A stretch of 64,000 nucleotides of DNA from Eledone cirrhosa (Eukaryota), in NCBI GenBank assembly GCA_964016885.1, contig OZ024741.1, forward strand, positions 7,316,001 to 7,380,000. The letters are read 5' to 3'. Both the position numbers and the translations under genes were made by a program. The notes below the pieces were generated by a model. It worked only from the letters and a program-made list of their open reading frames with translations. It was not told the origin of the DNA and made no database searches. Shown here piece after piece: positions 12,101-24,240 of this stretch. Each line of letters starts with the position of its first letter. The stretch's first letter is position 1.

Positions 12101-15100
12101 TTTAGTGGTTAGGGGTGATGGGTTCAGAATAGTAAGGTGGTGTGTTGTGAAGGTCGGTGGTTTAGTGGTTAGGGGTGATGGGTTCAGAATAGTAAGGTGG
12201 TGTGTTGTAAAGGTCGGTGGTTTAGTGGTTAGGGGAGATGGGTTCACAATAGTGAGGTGGTGTGTTGTGAAGGTCGGTGGTTTAGTGGTTAGGGGTGATG
12301 GGTTCAGAATAGTAAGGTGGTGTGTTGTGAAGGTCGGTGGTTTAGTGGTTAGGGGTGATGGGTTCAGAATAGTAAGGTGGTGTGTTGTGAAGGTCGGTGG
12401 TTTAGTGGTTAGGGGTGATGGGTTCAGAATAGTAAGGTGGTGTGTTGTGAAGGTCGGTGGTTTAGTGGTTAGGGGTGATGGGTTCAGAATAGTAAGGTGG
12501 TGTGTTGTGAAGGTCGGTGGTTTAGTGGTTAGGAGTGACGGGTTCACAATAGTAAGGTGGTGTGTTGTGAAGGTCGGTGGTTTAGTGGTTAGGGGTGACG
12601 GGTTCACAATAGTAAGGTGGTGTGTTGTGAAAGTCGGTGGTTTAGTGGTTAGGGGTGATGGGTTCACAATAGTAAGGTGGTGTGTTGTGAAGGTCGGTGA
12701 TTTAGTGGTTAGGGGTGACGGGTTCACAATGGTAAGGTGGTGTGTTGTGAAGGTCGGTGGTTTAGTGGTTAGGGGTGATGGGTTCAGAATAGTAAGGTGG
12801 TGTGTTGTGAAGGTCGGTGGTTTAGTGGTTAGGGGTGATGGGTTCACAATAGTAAGGTGGTGTGTTGTGAAGGTCGTTGGTTTAGTGGTTAGGGGTGACG
12901 GGTTCACGATGGTAAGGTGGTGTCTTGTGAATGTCGGTGGTTTAGTGGTTAGGGGTGATGGGTTCACAATGGTAAGGCGGGATGTTGTGAAGGTCGGAGG
13001 TTTAGTGATTAGGGGTGATGGGTTCACAATGGTAAGGTGGTGTGTTGTGAAGGTCGGTGGTTTAGTGGTTAGGGGTGATGGGTTCACAATGGTAAGGTCG
13101 TGTGTTGTGAAGGTCGGTGGTTTAGTTGTTAGAGGTGATGGGTTCACAATGGTAAGGTGGTGTGTTGTGAAGGTCGGTGATTTAGTGGTTAGGGGTGATG
13201 GGTTCACAATGGTATGGTCGTGTGTTGTGAAGGTCGGTGGTTTAGTGGTTAGTGGTGATGGGTTCACAATGGTATGGTCGTGTGTTGTGAAGTTCGGTTG
13301 TTTAGTGGTTAGGGGTGATGGGTTCACAATGGTATGGTCGTGTGTTGTGAAGGTCGGTTGTTTAGTGGTTAGGGGTGATGGGTTCACAATGGTAAGGTGG
13401 TGTGTTGTGAAGGTCGGTGGTTTAGTGGTTAGGGGTGATGGGTTCACAATGTTAAGGCGGGATGTTGTGAAGGTCGGTGGTTTAGTGGTTAAGGGTGATG
13501 GGTTCACAATGGTATGGTCGTGTGTTGTGAAGGTCGGTTGTTTAGTGGTTAGGTGTGATGGGTTCACAATGGTACGGTGGTGTGTCGTGAAGGTCGGTGG
13601 TTTAGTGGTTAGGGGTGATGGGTTCACAATGGTAAGGTGGTGTGTTTTGAAGGTCGGTGGTTTAGTGGTTAGGGGTGATGGGTTCACAATGGTATGGTGT
13701 TGTGTTGTGAAAGTCGGTGGTTTAGTGGTTATGGGAGATGGGTTCACAATAGTAGGGTGGTGTGTTGTGAAGGTCGGTGGTTTAGTGGTTAGGGGAGATG
13801 GGTTCACAATAGTGAGGTGGTGTGTTGTGAAGGTCGGTGGTTTAGTGATTAAGGGTGATGGGTTCACAATGGTAAGGTGGTGTGTTGTGAAGGTCGGTGG
13901 TTTAGTTGTTAGGGGTGATGGGTTCACAATGGTAAGGTGGTGTGTTGTGAAGGTCGGTGGTTTAGTGGTTAGGGGGGATGGGTTCACAATGGTAAGGTGG
14001 TGTGTTGTGAAGGTCGGTGATTTAGTGGTTAGGGGTGATGGGTTCACAATGGTAATGTGGTGTGTTGTGAAGGTCGGTGGTTTAGTGGTTAGTGGTGATG
14101 GGTTCACAATGTTATGGTCGTGTGTTGTGAAGGTCGGTTGTTTAGTGGTTAAGTGTGATGGGTTCACAATGGTAAGGTGGTGTGTTGTGAAGGTCGGTGG
14201 TTTAGTGGTTAGGGGTGATGGGTTCACAATGTTAAGGCGGGATGTTGTGAAGGTCGGTGGTTTAGTAGTTAAGGGTGATGGGTTCAAAATGGTATGGTCG
14301 TGTGTTGTGAAGGTCGGTTGTTTAGTGGTTAGGTGTGATGGGTTCACAATGGTAAGGTGGTGTGTTGTGAAGGTCGGTGGTTTGGTGGTTAGGGGTGATG
14401 GGTTCACAATTGTAAGGTGGTGTGTTTTGAAGGTCGGTGGTTTAGTGGTTAGGGGTGATGGGTTCACAAGGGTAAGGTGGTGTGTTGTGAAGGTCGGTGC
14501 TTTAGTGGTTAGGAGTGATGGGTTCACAATGGTAAGGTGGTGTGTTGTGAAGGTCGGTGGTTTAGTGGTTAGGGGTGATGGGTTCACAATGATAATGTGG
14601 TGTGTTGTGAAGTTCGGTGGTTTAGTGGTTAGGGGTAATGGGTTCACAATGTTAAGGAGGTGTGTTGTGAAGGTCGGTGGTTTTAGTGGTTCGGGGTGAT
14701 GGGTTCACAATGGTAAGGTGGTGTGTCTTGAAGGGGTGGTGGTTTAGTGGTTAGGAGTGATGGGTTCACAATGGTAAGGTTGTGTGTAGGTCGGTGGTTT
14801 AGTGGTGAGGGTTGATTGGTTCACAATGGTAAGGTGGTGTGTTGTGAAGGTCGGTGGTTTAGTGGTTATGGGTGATGGGTTCACAATGGTAAGGTGGTGT
14901 GTTGTGAAAGTCGGTGGTTTAGTGGTTAGGGGTGATGGGTTCACAATGGTAAGGTGGTGTGTTGTGAAGGTCGGTGGTTCAGTGGTTAGGAGTGATGGGT
15001 TCACAATTGTAAGGTTGTGTGTGGTGAAGATAGGTGGTTTAGTGGTTAGGGGTAATGGTTTCACAATGGTAAGGTGGTGTGTTGTGAAGGTCGGTGGTTT

Positions 15101-18100
15101 AGTGGTTAGAGGTGATGGGTTCACAATGGTAAGGTGGTGTGTTGTGAAGGTCGGTGGTTTAGTGGTTAGCGGAGATGAGGTGGTGTTTTGTGAAGGTCGG
15201 TGGTTTTGTAGTTAGGGGTGATGGGTTCACAATGGTAAGGTGGTGTGTTGTGAAGGTCGGTGGTTTAGTGGTTAGGGGTGATGGGTTCACAATGGTAAGG
15301 TGGTGTGCTGTGAAGTCGGTGGTTTAGTGGTTAGGAGTGATGGGTTCAAAATAGTAAGGTGGTGTGTTGTGAAGGTCGGTTGTTTACTGGTTAGGGATGA
15401 TGGCTTCACAATGGTAAGGTGGTGTGTTGTGAAGGTCGGTGGTTTAGTGGTTAGGGGTGATGGGTTCACAATGGTAAGGTGTTGTGTTGTGAAGGTCGGT
15501 GGTTTAGTGGTTAGGGGTGATGGGTTCACAATGGTAAGGCGGGATGTTGTGAAGGTCGGAGGTTTAGTGATTAGGTGTGTTGGGTTCACAATGGTAAGGT
15601 GGTGTGTGGTGAAGGTCGGTGGTTTAGTGGTTAGGGGTGATGGTTTCACAATGTTAAGGTGGTGTGTTGTGAAGGTCGGTGGTTTAGTGGTTAGGGGTGA
15701 TGGGTTCACAATGGTAAGGTGGTGTGTTGTGAAGGTCGGTGGTTCAGTGGATAGGAGTGATGGGTTCACAATTGTAAGGTTGTGTGTGGTGAAGATAGGT
15801 GGTTTAGTGGTTAGGGGTAATGGTTTCACAATGGTAAGGTGGTGTGTTGTGAAGGTCGGTGGTTTAGTGGTTAGAGGTGATGGGTTCACAATGGTAAGGT
15901 GGTGTGTTGTGAAGGTCGGTGGTTTAGTAGTTAGGGGTGATGGGTTCACAATGGTAAGGTGGTGTGTTGTGAAGGTCGATGGTTTAGTGGTTAGGGGTGA
16001 TGGGTTCACAATAGTGAGGTGGTGTGTTGTGAAGGTCAGTGGATTTGTGGTTAGTGGTTGGATTCACAATGGTAAGGTGGTGTGTTGTGAAGGTCGGTGG
16101 TTTAGTGGTTAGGGGTGATGGGTTCACAATGGTAAGGTGGTGTGGTGTGAAGGTCGATGGTTTAGTGGTTAGGGGTGATGGGTTCACAATAGTGAGGTGG
16201 TGTGTTGTGAAGGTCGGTGGATTTGTGGTTAGTGGTTGGGTTCACGATGGTAAGGTGGTGTGTTGTGAAGGTCGGTGGTTTAGTGGTTAGGAGTGATGGG
16301 TTCACAATAGTAAGGTGGTCTGTTGTTAAGGTCGGTGGTTTAGTGGTTAGGAGTGATGGGTTCACAATGGTATGGTGTTGTGTTGTGAAAGTCGGTGGTT
16401 TAGTGGTTAGGGGTGATGGGTTCAGAATAGTAAGGTGGTGTGTTGTGAAGGTCGGTGGTTTTGTGGTTAGTGTTGATGGGTTCACAATGGTAAGCTGGTG
16501 TGTTGTGAAGGTCGGTGGTTTAGTGGTTAGGGGTGATGGGTTCACAATAGTAAGGTGGTGTGTTGTGAAGGTCGGTGGTTTAGTGGTTAGGGGTGATGGG
16601 TTCAGAATAGTAAGGTGGTGTGTTGTGAAGGTCGGTGGTTTAGTGGTTAGGGGTGATGGGTTCAGAATAGTAAGGTGGTGTGTTGTGAAGGTCGGTGGTT
16701 TAGTGGTTAGGGGTGATGGGTACAGAATAGTAAGGTGGTGTGTTGTGAAGGTCGGTGGTTTAGTGGTTAGGGGTGATGCGTTCACAATGGTAATGTGGTG
16801 TGTTGTGAAGGTAGGTGATTTAGTGGTTAGGGGTGATGGGTTCACAATGGTATGGTCGTGTGTTGTGAAGGTCGGTTGTTTAGTGGTTAGGGGTGATGGG
16901 TTCACAATGGTATGGTCGTGTGTTGTGAAGGTCGGTTGTTTAGTGGTTAGGTGTGATGGGTTCACAATGGTAAGGTGGTGTGTCGTGAAGGTCGGTGGTT
17001 TTGTGGTTAGGGGTGATGGGTTCACAATGGTAAGGTGGTGTGTTTTGAAGGTCGGTGGTTTAGTGGTTAGGGGTGATGGGTTCACAATGGTATGGTGTTG
17101 TGTTGTGAAAGTCGGTGGTTTAGTGGTTATGGGAGATGGGTTCACAATAGTAGGGTGGTGTGTTGTGAAGCTCGGTGGTTTAGTGGTTAGGGGAGATGGG
17201 TTCACAATAGTGAGGTGGTGTGTTGTGAAGGTCGGTAGTTTAGTTGTTAGGGGTGATGGGTTCACAATGGTAAGGTGGTGTGTTGTGAAAGTCGGTGGTT
17301 TAGTGGTTAGGGGTGATGCGTTCACAAGGGTAAGGTGGTGTGTTGTGAAGGTCGGTGGTTTAGTGGTTAGGAGTGATGGGTTCACAATGGTAAGGTGGTG
17401 TGTTGTGAAGGTCGGTGGTTTAGTGGTTAGGGGTGATGGGTTCACAATAGTACGGTGGTGTGTTCTGAAGGTCGGTGGTTTAGTGGTTAGGGGTGATGGG
17501 TTCACAATGGTATGGTGTGTGTTGTGAAAGTCGCTGGTTTAGTGGTTAGGGGAGATGGGTTGACAATAGTAGGGTGGTGTGTTGTGAAGGTCGGTGGTTT
17601 AGTGGTTAGGGGAGATGGGTTCACAATAGTGAGGTGGTGTGTTGTGAAGGTCGCTAGTTTAGTTGTTACGGGTGATGGGTTCACAATGGTAAGGTGGTGT
17701 GTTGTGAAAGTCGGTGGTTTAGTGGTTAGGGGTGATGGGTTCACAATGGTAAGGTGGTGTTTTGTGAAGTCGGTGGTTTAGTGGTTTGGGGTGATGGGTT
17801 CACAATGGTAAGGCGGGATGTTGTGATGGTCGGTGGTTTAGTGGTTAGGTGTGATGGGTTCACAATGGTAAGGTGGTGTTTTGTGAAGTCGGTGGTTTAG
17901 TGGTTAGGGGTGATGGGATCACAATGATATGGTGTGTGTTGTGAAAGTCGCTGGTTTAGTGGTTAGGGGAGATGGGTTCACAATAGTAGGGTGGTGTGTT
18001 GTGAAGGTCGGTGGTTTAGTGGTTAGGGGAGATGGGTTCACAATAGTGAGGTGGTGTATTGTGAAGGTCGGTGGTTTAGTGGTTAGGGGTGATAGGTTCA

Positions 18101-19200
18101 CAATGGTAAGGTGGTGTGTTGTGAAGGTCGGTGGTTTAGAGGTTAGGGGTGATGGGTTCAGAATAGTAAGGTGGTGTGTTGTGAAGGTCGGTGGTTTCGT
18201 GGTTAGGGGTGATGGGTTCAGAATAGTAAGGTAGTGTGTTGTGAAGGTCGGTGGTTAGTGGTTAGGGGTGACGGGTTCACAATGGTAAGGTGGTGTGTTG
18301 TGAAGGTCGGTTATTTAGTGGTTAGGGGTGATGGGTTCACAATGATAAGGCGGGATGTTGTGAAGGTCGGAGGTTTAGTGATTAGGGGTGATGGGTTCAC
18401 AATGGTAAGCTGGTGTGATGTGAAGGTCGGTGGTTTAGTAGTTAGGGGTGATGGGTTCACAATGGTAAGGTCGTGTGTTGTGAAGGTCGGTGGTTTAGTT
18501 GTTAGGGGTGATGGGTTCACAATGGTAAGGTGATGTGTTGTGAAGGTCGGTGGTTTAGAGGTTAGGGGTGATGGGTTCACAATGGTAAGGTGGTGTGTTG
18601 TGAAGGTAGGTGATTTAGTGGTTAGGGGTGATGGGTTCACAATGGTATGGTCGTGTGTTGTGAAGGTCGGTTGTTTACTGGTTAGGGGTGATGGGTTCAC
18701 AATGGTATGGTGGTGTGTTGTGAAGGTCGGTTGATTAGTGGTTAGGTGTGATGGGTCCACAATGGTAAGGTGGTGTGTTGTGAAGGTCGGTGGTTTAGTG
18801 GTTATGGGTGATGGGTTCACAATGTTAAGGCGTGATGTTGTGAAGGTCGGTGGTTTAGTGGTTAAGGGTGATGGGTTCACAATGGTATGGTCGTGTGTTG
18901 TGAAGGTCGGTTGTTTAGTGGTTAGGTGTGATGGGTTCACAATGGTAAGGTGGTGTGTTGTGAAGGTCGGTGGTTTAGTGGTTAGGGGTGATGGGTTCAC
19001 AATGGTATGGTGTTGTGTTGTGAAAGTCGCTGGTTTAGTGGTTATGGGAGATGGGTTCACAATAGTAGGGTGGTGTGTTGTGAAGGTCGGTGGTTTAGGG
19101 GTTAGGGGAGATTGGTTCACAATGGTAAGGTGGTGTGTCGTGAAGGTCGGTGGTTTAGTGGTTAGGGGTGATGGGTTCACAATGGTAAGGTGGTGTGTTT

Positions 19201-20040
19201 TGAAGGTCGGTGGTTTAGTGGTTAGGGGTGATGGGTTCACAATGGTATGGTGTTGTGTTGTGAAAGTCGGTGGTTTAGTGGTTATGGGAGATGGGTTCAC
19301 AATAGTAGGGTGGTGTGATGTGAAGGTCGGTGGTTTAGGGGTTAGGGGAGATGGGTTCACAATAGTGAGGTGGTGTGTTGTGAAGGTCGGTAGTTTAGTT
19401 GTTAGGGGTGATGGGTTCACAATGGTAAGGTGGTGTGTTGTGAAAGTCGGTGGTTTAGTGGTTAGGGGTGATGCGTTCACAAGGGTAAGGTGGTGTGTTG
19501 TGAAGGTCGGTGGTTTAGTGGTTAGGAGTGATGGGTTCACAATGGTAAGGTGGTGTGTTGTGAAGGTCGGTGGTTTAGTGGTTAGGGGTGATGGGTTCAC
19601 AATGGTAATGTGGTGTGTTGTGAAGGTCGGTGGTTTAGTGGTTAGGGGTGATGGGTTCACAATGGTATGGTGTTGTGTTGTGAAAGTCGGTGGTTTAGTG
19701 GTTATGGGAGATGGGTTCACAATAGTAGGGTGGTGTGATGTGAAGGTCGGTGGTTTAGTGGTTAGGGGAGATGGGTTCACAATAGTGAGGTGGTGTGTTG
19801 TGAAGGTCGGTAGTTTAGTTGTTAGGGGTGATGGGTTCACAATGGTAAGGTGGTGTGTTGTGAAAGTCGGTGGTTTAGTGGTTAGGGGTGATGCGTTCAC
19901 AAGGGTAAGGTGGTGTGTTGTGAAGGTCGGTGGTTTAGTGGTTAGGAGTGATGGGTTCACAATGGTAAGGTGGTGTGTTGTGAAGGTCGGTGGTTTAGTG
20001 GTTAGGGGTGATGGGTTCACAATGGTAATGTGGTGTGTTG
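19201..20040 (+). repeat. 7-monomer (420 bp) tandem duplication
   Basis: Lines 19201-19561 match 19621-19981 variant for variant, including the rare 'tggtgtgatg'. I saw one difference (tttaggg vs tttagtg). Confidence 0.88.
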
Positions 20041-21716
20041 TGAAGGTCGGTGGTTTAGTGGTTAGGAGTGATGGGTTCACAATAGTAAGGTGGTGTGTTG
20101 TGAAGGTCGGTGGTTTAGTGGTTAGGAGTGATGGGTTCACAATAGTACGGTGGTGTGTTCTGAAGGTCGGTGGTTTAGTGGTTAGGGGTGATGGGCTCAC
20201 AATGGTATGGTGTGTGTTGTGAAAGTCGCTGGTTTAGTGGTTAGGGGAGATGGGTTCACAATAGTAGGGTGGTGTGTTGTGAAGGTCGGTGGTTTAGTGG
20301 TTAGGGGAGATGGGTTCACAATAGTGAGGTGGTGTGTTGTGAAGGTCGGTGGTTTAGTGGTTAGGGGTGATGGGTTCACAATGGTAAGGTGGTGTGTTGT
20401 GAAGGTCGGTGGTTTAGAGGTTAGGGGTGATGGGTTCAGAATAGTAAGGTGGTGTGTTGTGAAGGTAGGTGGTTAGTGGTTAGGGGTGACGGGTTCACGA
20501 TGGTAAGGTGGTGTGTTGTGAAGGTCGGTTATTTAGTGGTTAGGGGCGATGAGTTCACAATGGTAAGGCGGGATGTTGTGAAGGTCGGAGGTTTAGTGAT
20601 TAGGGGTGATGGGTTCACAATGGTAAGCTGGTGTGTTGTGAAGGTCGGTGGTTTAGTGGTTAGGGGTGATGGGTTCACAATGGTAAGGTCGTGTGTTGTG
20701 AAGGTCGGTGGTTTAGTTGTTAGGGGTGATGGGTTCACAATGGTAAGGTGATGTGTTGTGAAGGTCGGTCGTTTAGTGGTTAGGGGTGATGGGTTCACAA
20801 TGGTATGGTCGTGTGTTGTGAAGGTCGGTTGTTTAGTGGTTAGGTGTGAGGGGTTCACAATGGTAAGGTGGTGTGTCGTGAAGGTCGGTGGTTTAGTGGT
20901 TAGGGGTGATGGGTTCACAATGGTATGGTGTTGTGTTGTGAAAGTCGGTGGTTTAGTGGTTATGGGAGATGGGTTCACCATAGTAGGGTGGTGTGTTGTG
21001 AACGTCGGTGGTTTAGTGGTTAGGGGAGATGGGTTCACAATAGTGAGGTGGTGTGTTGTGAAGGTCGGTAGTTTAGTTGTTAGGGGTGATGGGTTCACAA
21101 TGGTAAGGTGGTGTGTTGTGAAAGTCGGTGGTTTAGTGGTTAGGGGTGATGCGTTCACAAGGGTAAGGTGGTGCGTTGTGAAGGTCGGTGGTTGAGTGGT
21201 TAGGAGTGATGGGTTCACAATGGTAAGGTGGTGTGTTGTGAAGGTCGGTGGTTTAGAGGTTAGGGGTGATGGGTTCAGAATAGTAAGGTGGTGTGTTGTG
21301 AAGGTCGGTGGTTTCGTGGTTAGGGGTGATGGGTTCAGAATAGTAAGGTGGTGTGTTGTGAAGGTCGGTTATTTAGTGGTTAGGGGTGATGGGTTCACAA
21401 TGGTAAGGTCGTGTGTTGTGAAGGTCGGTGGTTTAGTGGTTAGGGGTGATGGGTTCACAATGGTAATGTGGTGTGTTGTGAAGGTCGGTGGTTTAGTGGT
21501 TAGGAGTGATGGGTTCACAATAGTAAGGTGGTGTGTTGTGAAGGTCGGTGGTTTAGTGGTTAGGAGTGATGGGTTCACAATGGTAAGGAGGTGTGTTGTG
21601 AAGGTCGGTGGTTTTAGTGGTTAGGGGTGATGGGTTCACAATGGTAAGGTGGTGTTTTGTGAAGTCGGTGGTTTAGTGGTTTGGGGTGATGGGTTCACAA
21701 TGGTAAGGCGGGATGT

Positions 21717-21780
21717 TGTGATGGTCGGTGGTTTAGTGGTTAGGTGTGATGGTCGGTGGTTTAGTGGTTAGGTGTGATGG
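21717..21780 (+). repeat. 28-bp sub-monomer tandem duplication (TGTGATGGTCGGTGGTTTAGTGGTTAGG x2)
   Basis: TGTGATGG occurs at 21717, 21745 and 21773, a period of 28 that breaks the 60-bp register. Confidence 0.92.
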
Positions 21781-24240
21781 GTTCACAATGGTAAGGTGGT
21801 GTTTTGTGAAGTCGGTGATTTAGTGGTTAGGGGTGATGGGTTCACAATGATATGGTGTGTGTTGTGAAAGTCGCTGGTTACTGGTTAGGGGAGATGGGTT
21901 CACAATAGTAGGGTGGTGTGTTGTGAAGGTCGGTGGTTTAGTGGTTAGGGGAGATGGGTTCACAATAGTGAGGTGGTGTGTTGTGAAGGTCGGTGGTTTA
22001 GTGGTTAGGGGTGATGGGTCCACAATGGTAAGGTGGTGTGTTGTGAAGGTCGGTGGTTTAGAGGTTAGGGGTGATGGGTTCAGAATAGTAAGGTGGTGTG
22101 TTGTGAAGGTCGGTGGTTTCGTGGTTAGGGGTGATGGGTTCAGAATAGTAAGGTGGTGTGTTGTGAAGGTCGGTGGTTAGTGGTTAGGGGTGACGGGTTC
22201 ACAATGGTAAGGTGGTGTGTTGTGATGGTCGGTTATTTAGTGGTTAGGGGTGATGGGTTCACAATGATAAGGCGGGATGTTGTGAAGGTCGGAGGTTTAG
22301 TGATTAGGGGTGATGGGTTCACGATGGTAAGCTGGTGTGTTGTGAAGGTCGGTGGTTTAGTGGTTAGGGGTGATGGGTTCACAATGGTAAGGTCGTGTGT
22401 TGTGAAGGTCGGTGGTTTAGTTGTTAGGGGTGATGGGTTCACAATGGTAAGGTGGTGTGTTGTGAAGGTCGGTGGTTTAGTGGTTATGGGTGATGGGTTC
22501 ACAATGTTAAGGCGTGATGTTGTGAAGGTCGGTGGTTTAGTGGTTAAAGGTGATGGATTCACAATGGTATGGTCGTGTGTTGTGAAGGTCGGTTGTTTAG
22601 TGGTTAGGTGTGATGGGTTCACAATGGTAAGGTGGTGTGTTGTGAAGGTCGGTGGTTTAGTGGTTAGGGGTTATGGGTTCACAATGGTATGGTGTTGTGT
22701 TGTGAAAGTCGGTGGTTTAGTGGTTATGGGAGATGGGTTCACAATAGTAGGGTGGTGTGTTGTGAAGGTCGGTGGTTTAGTGGTTAGGGGAGATGGGTTC
22801 ACAATAGTGAGGTGGTGTGTTGTGAAGGTCGGTAGTTTAGTTGTTAGGGGTGATGGGTTCACAATGGTAAGGTGGTGTGTTGTGAAAGTCGGTGGTTTAG
22901 TGGTTAGGGGTGATGCGTTCACAAGGGTAAGGTGGTGTGTTGTGAAGGTCGGTGGTTTAGTGGTTAGGGGTGATGGGTTCACAATGTTAAGGCGGGATGT
23001 TGTGAAGGTCGGTGGTTTAGTGGTTAAGGGTGATGGGTTCACAATGGTATGGTCGTGTGTTGTGAAGGTCGGTTGTTTAGTGGTTAGGTGTGATGGGTTC
23101 ACAATGGTAAGGTGGTGTGTCGTGAAGGTCGGTGGTTTAGTGGTTAGGGGTGATGGGTTCACAATAGTAGGGTGGTGTGTTGTGAAGGTCGGTGGTTTAG
23201 TGGTTAGGGGAGATGGGTTCACAATAGTGAGGTGGTGTGTTGTGAAGGTCGGTAGTTTAGTTGTCAGGGGTGATGGGTTCACAATGGTAAGGTGGTGTGT
23301 TGTGAAAGTCGGTGGTTTAGTGGTTAGGGTTGATGCGTTCACAAGGGTAAGGTGGTGTGTTGTGAAGGTTGGTGGTTTAGTGGTTAGGAGTGATGGGTTC
23401 ACAATGGTAAGGTGGTGTGTTGTGAAGGTCGGTGGTTTAGTGGTTAGGGGTGATGGGTTCACAATGGTAATGTGGTGTGTTGTGAAGGTCGGTGGTTTAG
23501 TGGTTAGGAGTGATGGGTTCACAATAGTAAGGTGGTGTGTTGTGAAGGTCGGTGGTTTAGTGGTTAGGAGTGATGGGTTCACAATGGTAAGGAGGTGTGT
23601 TGTGAAGGTCGGTGGTTTTAGTGGTTAGGGGTGATGGGTTCACAATGGTAAGGTGGTGTTTTGTGAAGTCGGTGGTTCAGTGGTTAGGGGTGATGGGGTC
23701 ACAATGGTAAGGCGGGATGTTGTGATGGTCGGTGGTTTAGTGGTTAGGTGTGATGGGTTAACAATGGTAAGGTGGTGTTTTGTGAAGTCGGTGGTTTAGT
23801 GGTTAGGGGTGATGGGTTCACAATGGTAAGGTCGTGTGCTGTGAAGGTCGGTGGTTTAGTGGTCAGGAGTGATGGGTTCACTATAGTAAGGTAGTGTGTT
23901 GTGAAGGTCGATGGTTTAGTGGTTAGGAGTGATGGGTTCACAATAGTACGGTGGTGTGTTCTGAAGGTCGGTGGTTTAGTGGTTAGGGCTGATGGGTTCA
24001 CAATGGTATGGTGTGTATTGTGAAAGTCTCTGGTTTAGTGGTTAGGGGAGACGGGTTCACAATAGTAGGGTGGTGTGTTGTGAAGGTCGGTGGTTTAGTG
24101 GTTAGGGGAGATGGGTTCACAATAGTGAGGTGGTGTGTTGTGAAGGTCGGTGGTTTAGTGGTTAGGGGTGATGGGTTCACAATGGTAAGGTGGTGTGTTG
24201 TGAAGGTCGGTGGTTTAGAGGTTAGGGGTGATGGGTTCAG

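Larger units (their letters stand above)
1..18400 (+). repeat. Higher-order duplication, period 9,689 bp (9,747 bp after about 16.2 kb): 1-~8650 repeated at 9690-~18400
   Basis: The rare monomer 'ggagtgaggggttaagaatagtaaggtggtgcg' occurs at 1-60 and 9690-9749. ORF-track offsets are constant at +9689 (1239/10928, 2361/12050, 5055/14744, 5598/15287), then +9747 (7755/17502, 8172/17919, 8487/18234). Indels are shared between the copies. Confidence 0.95.
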
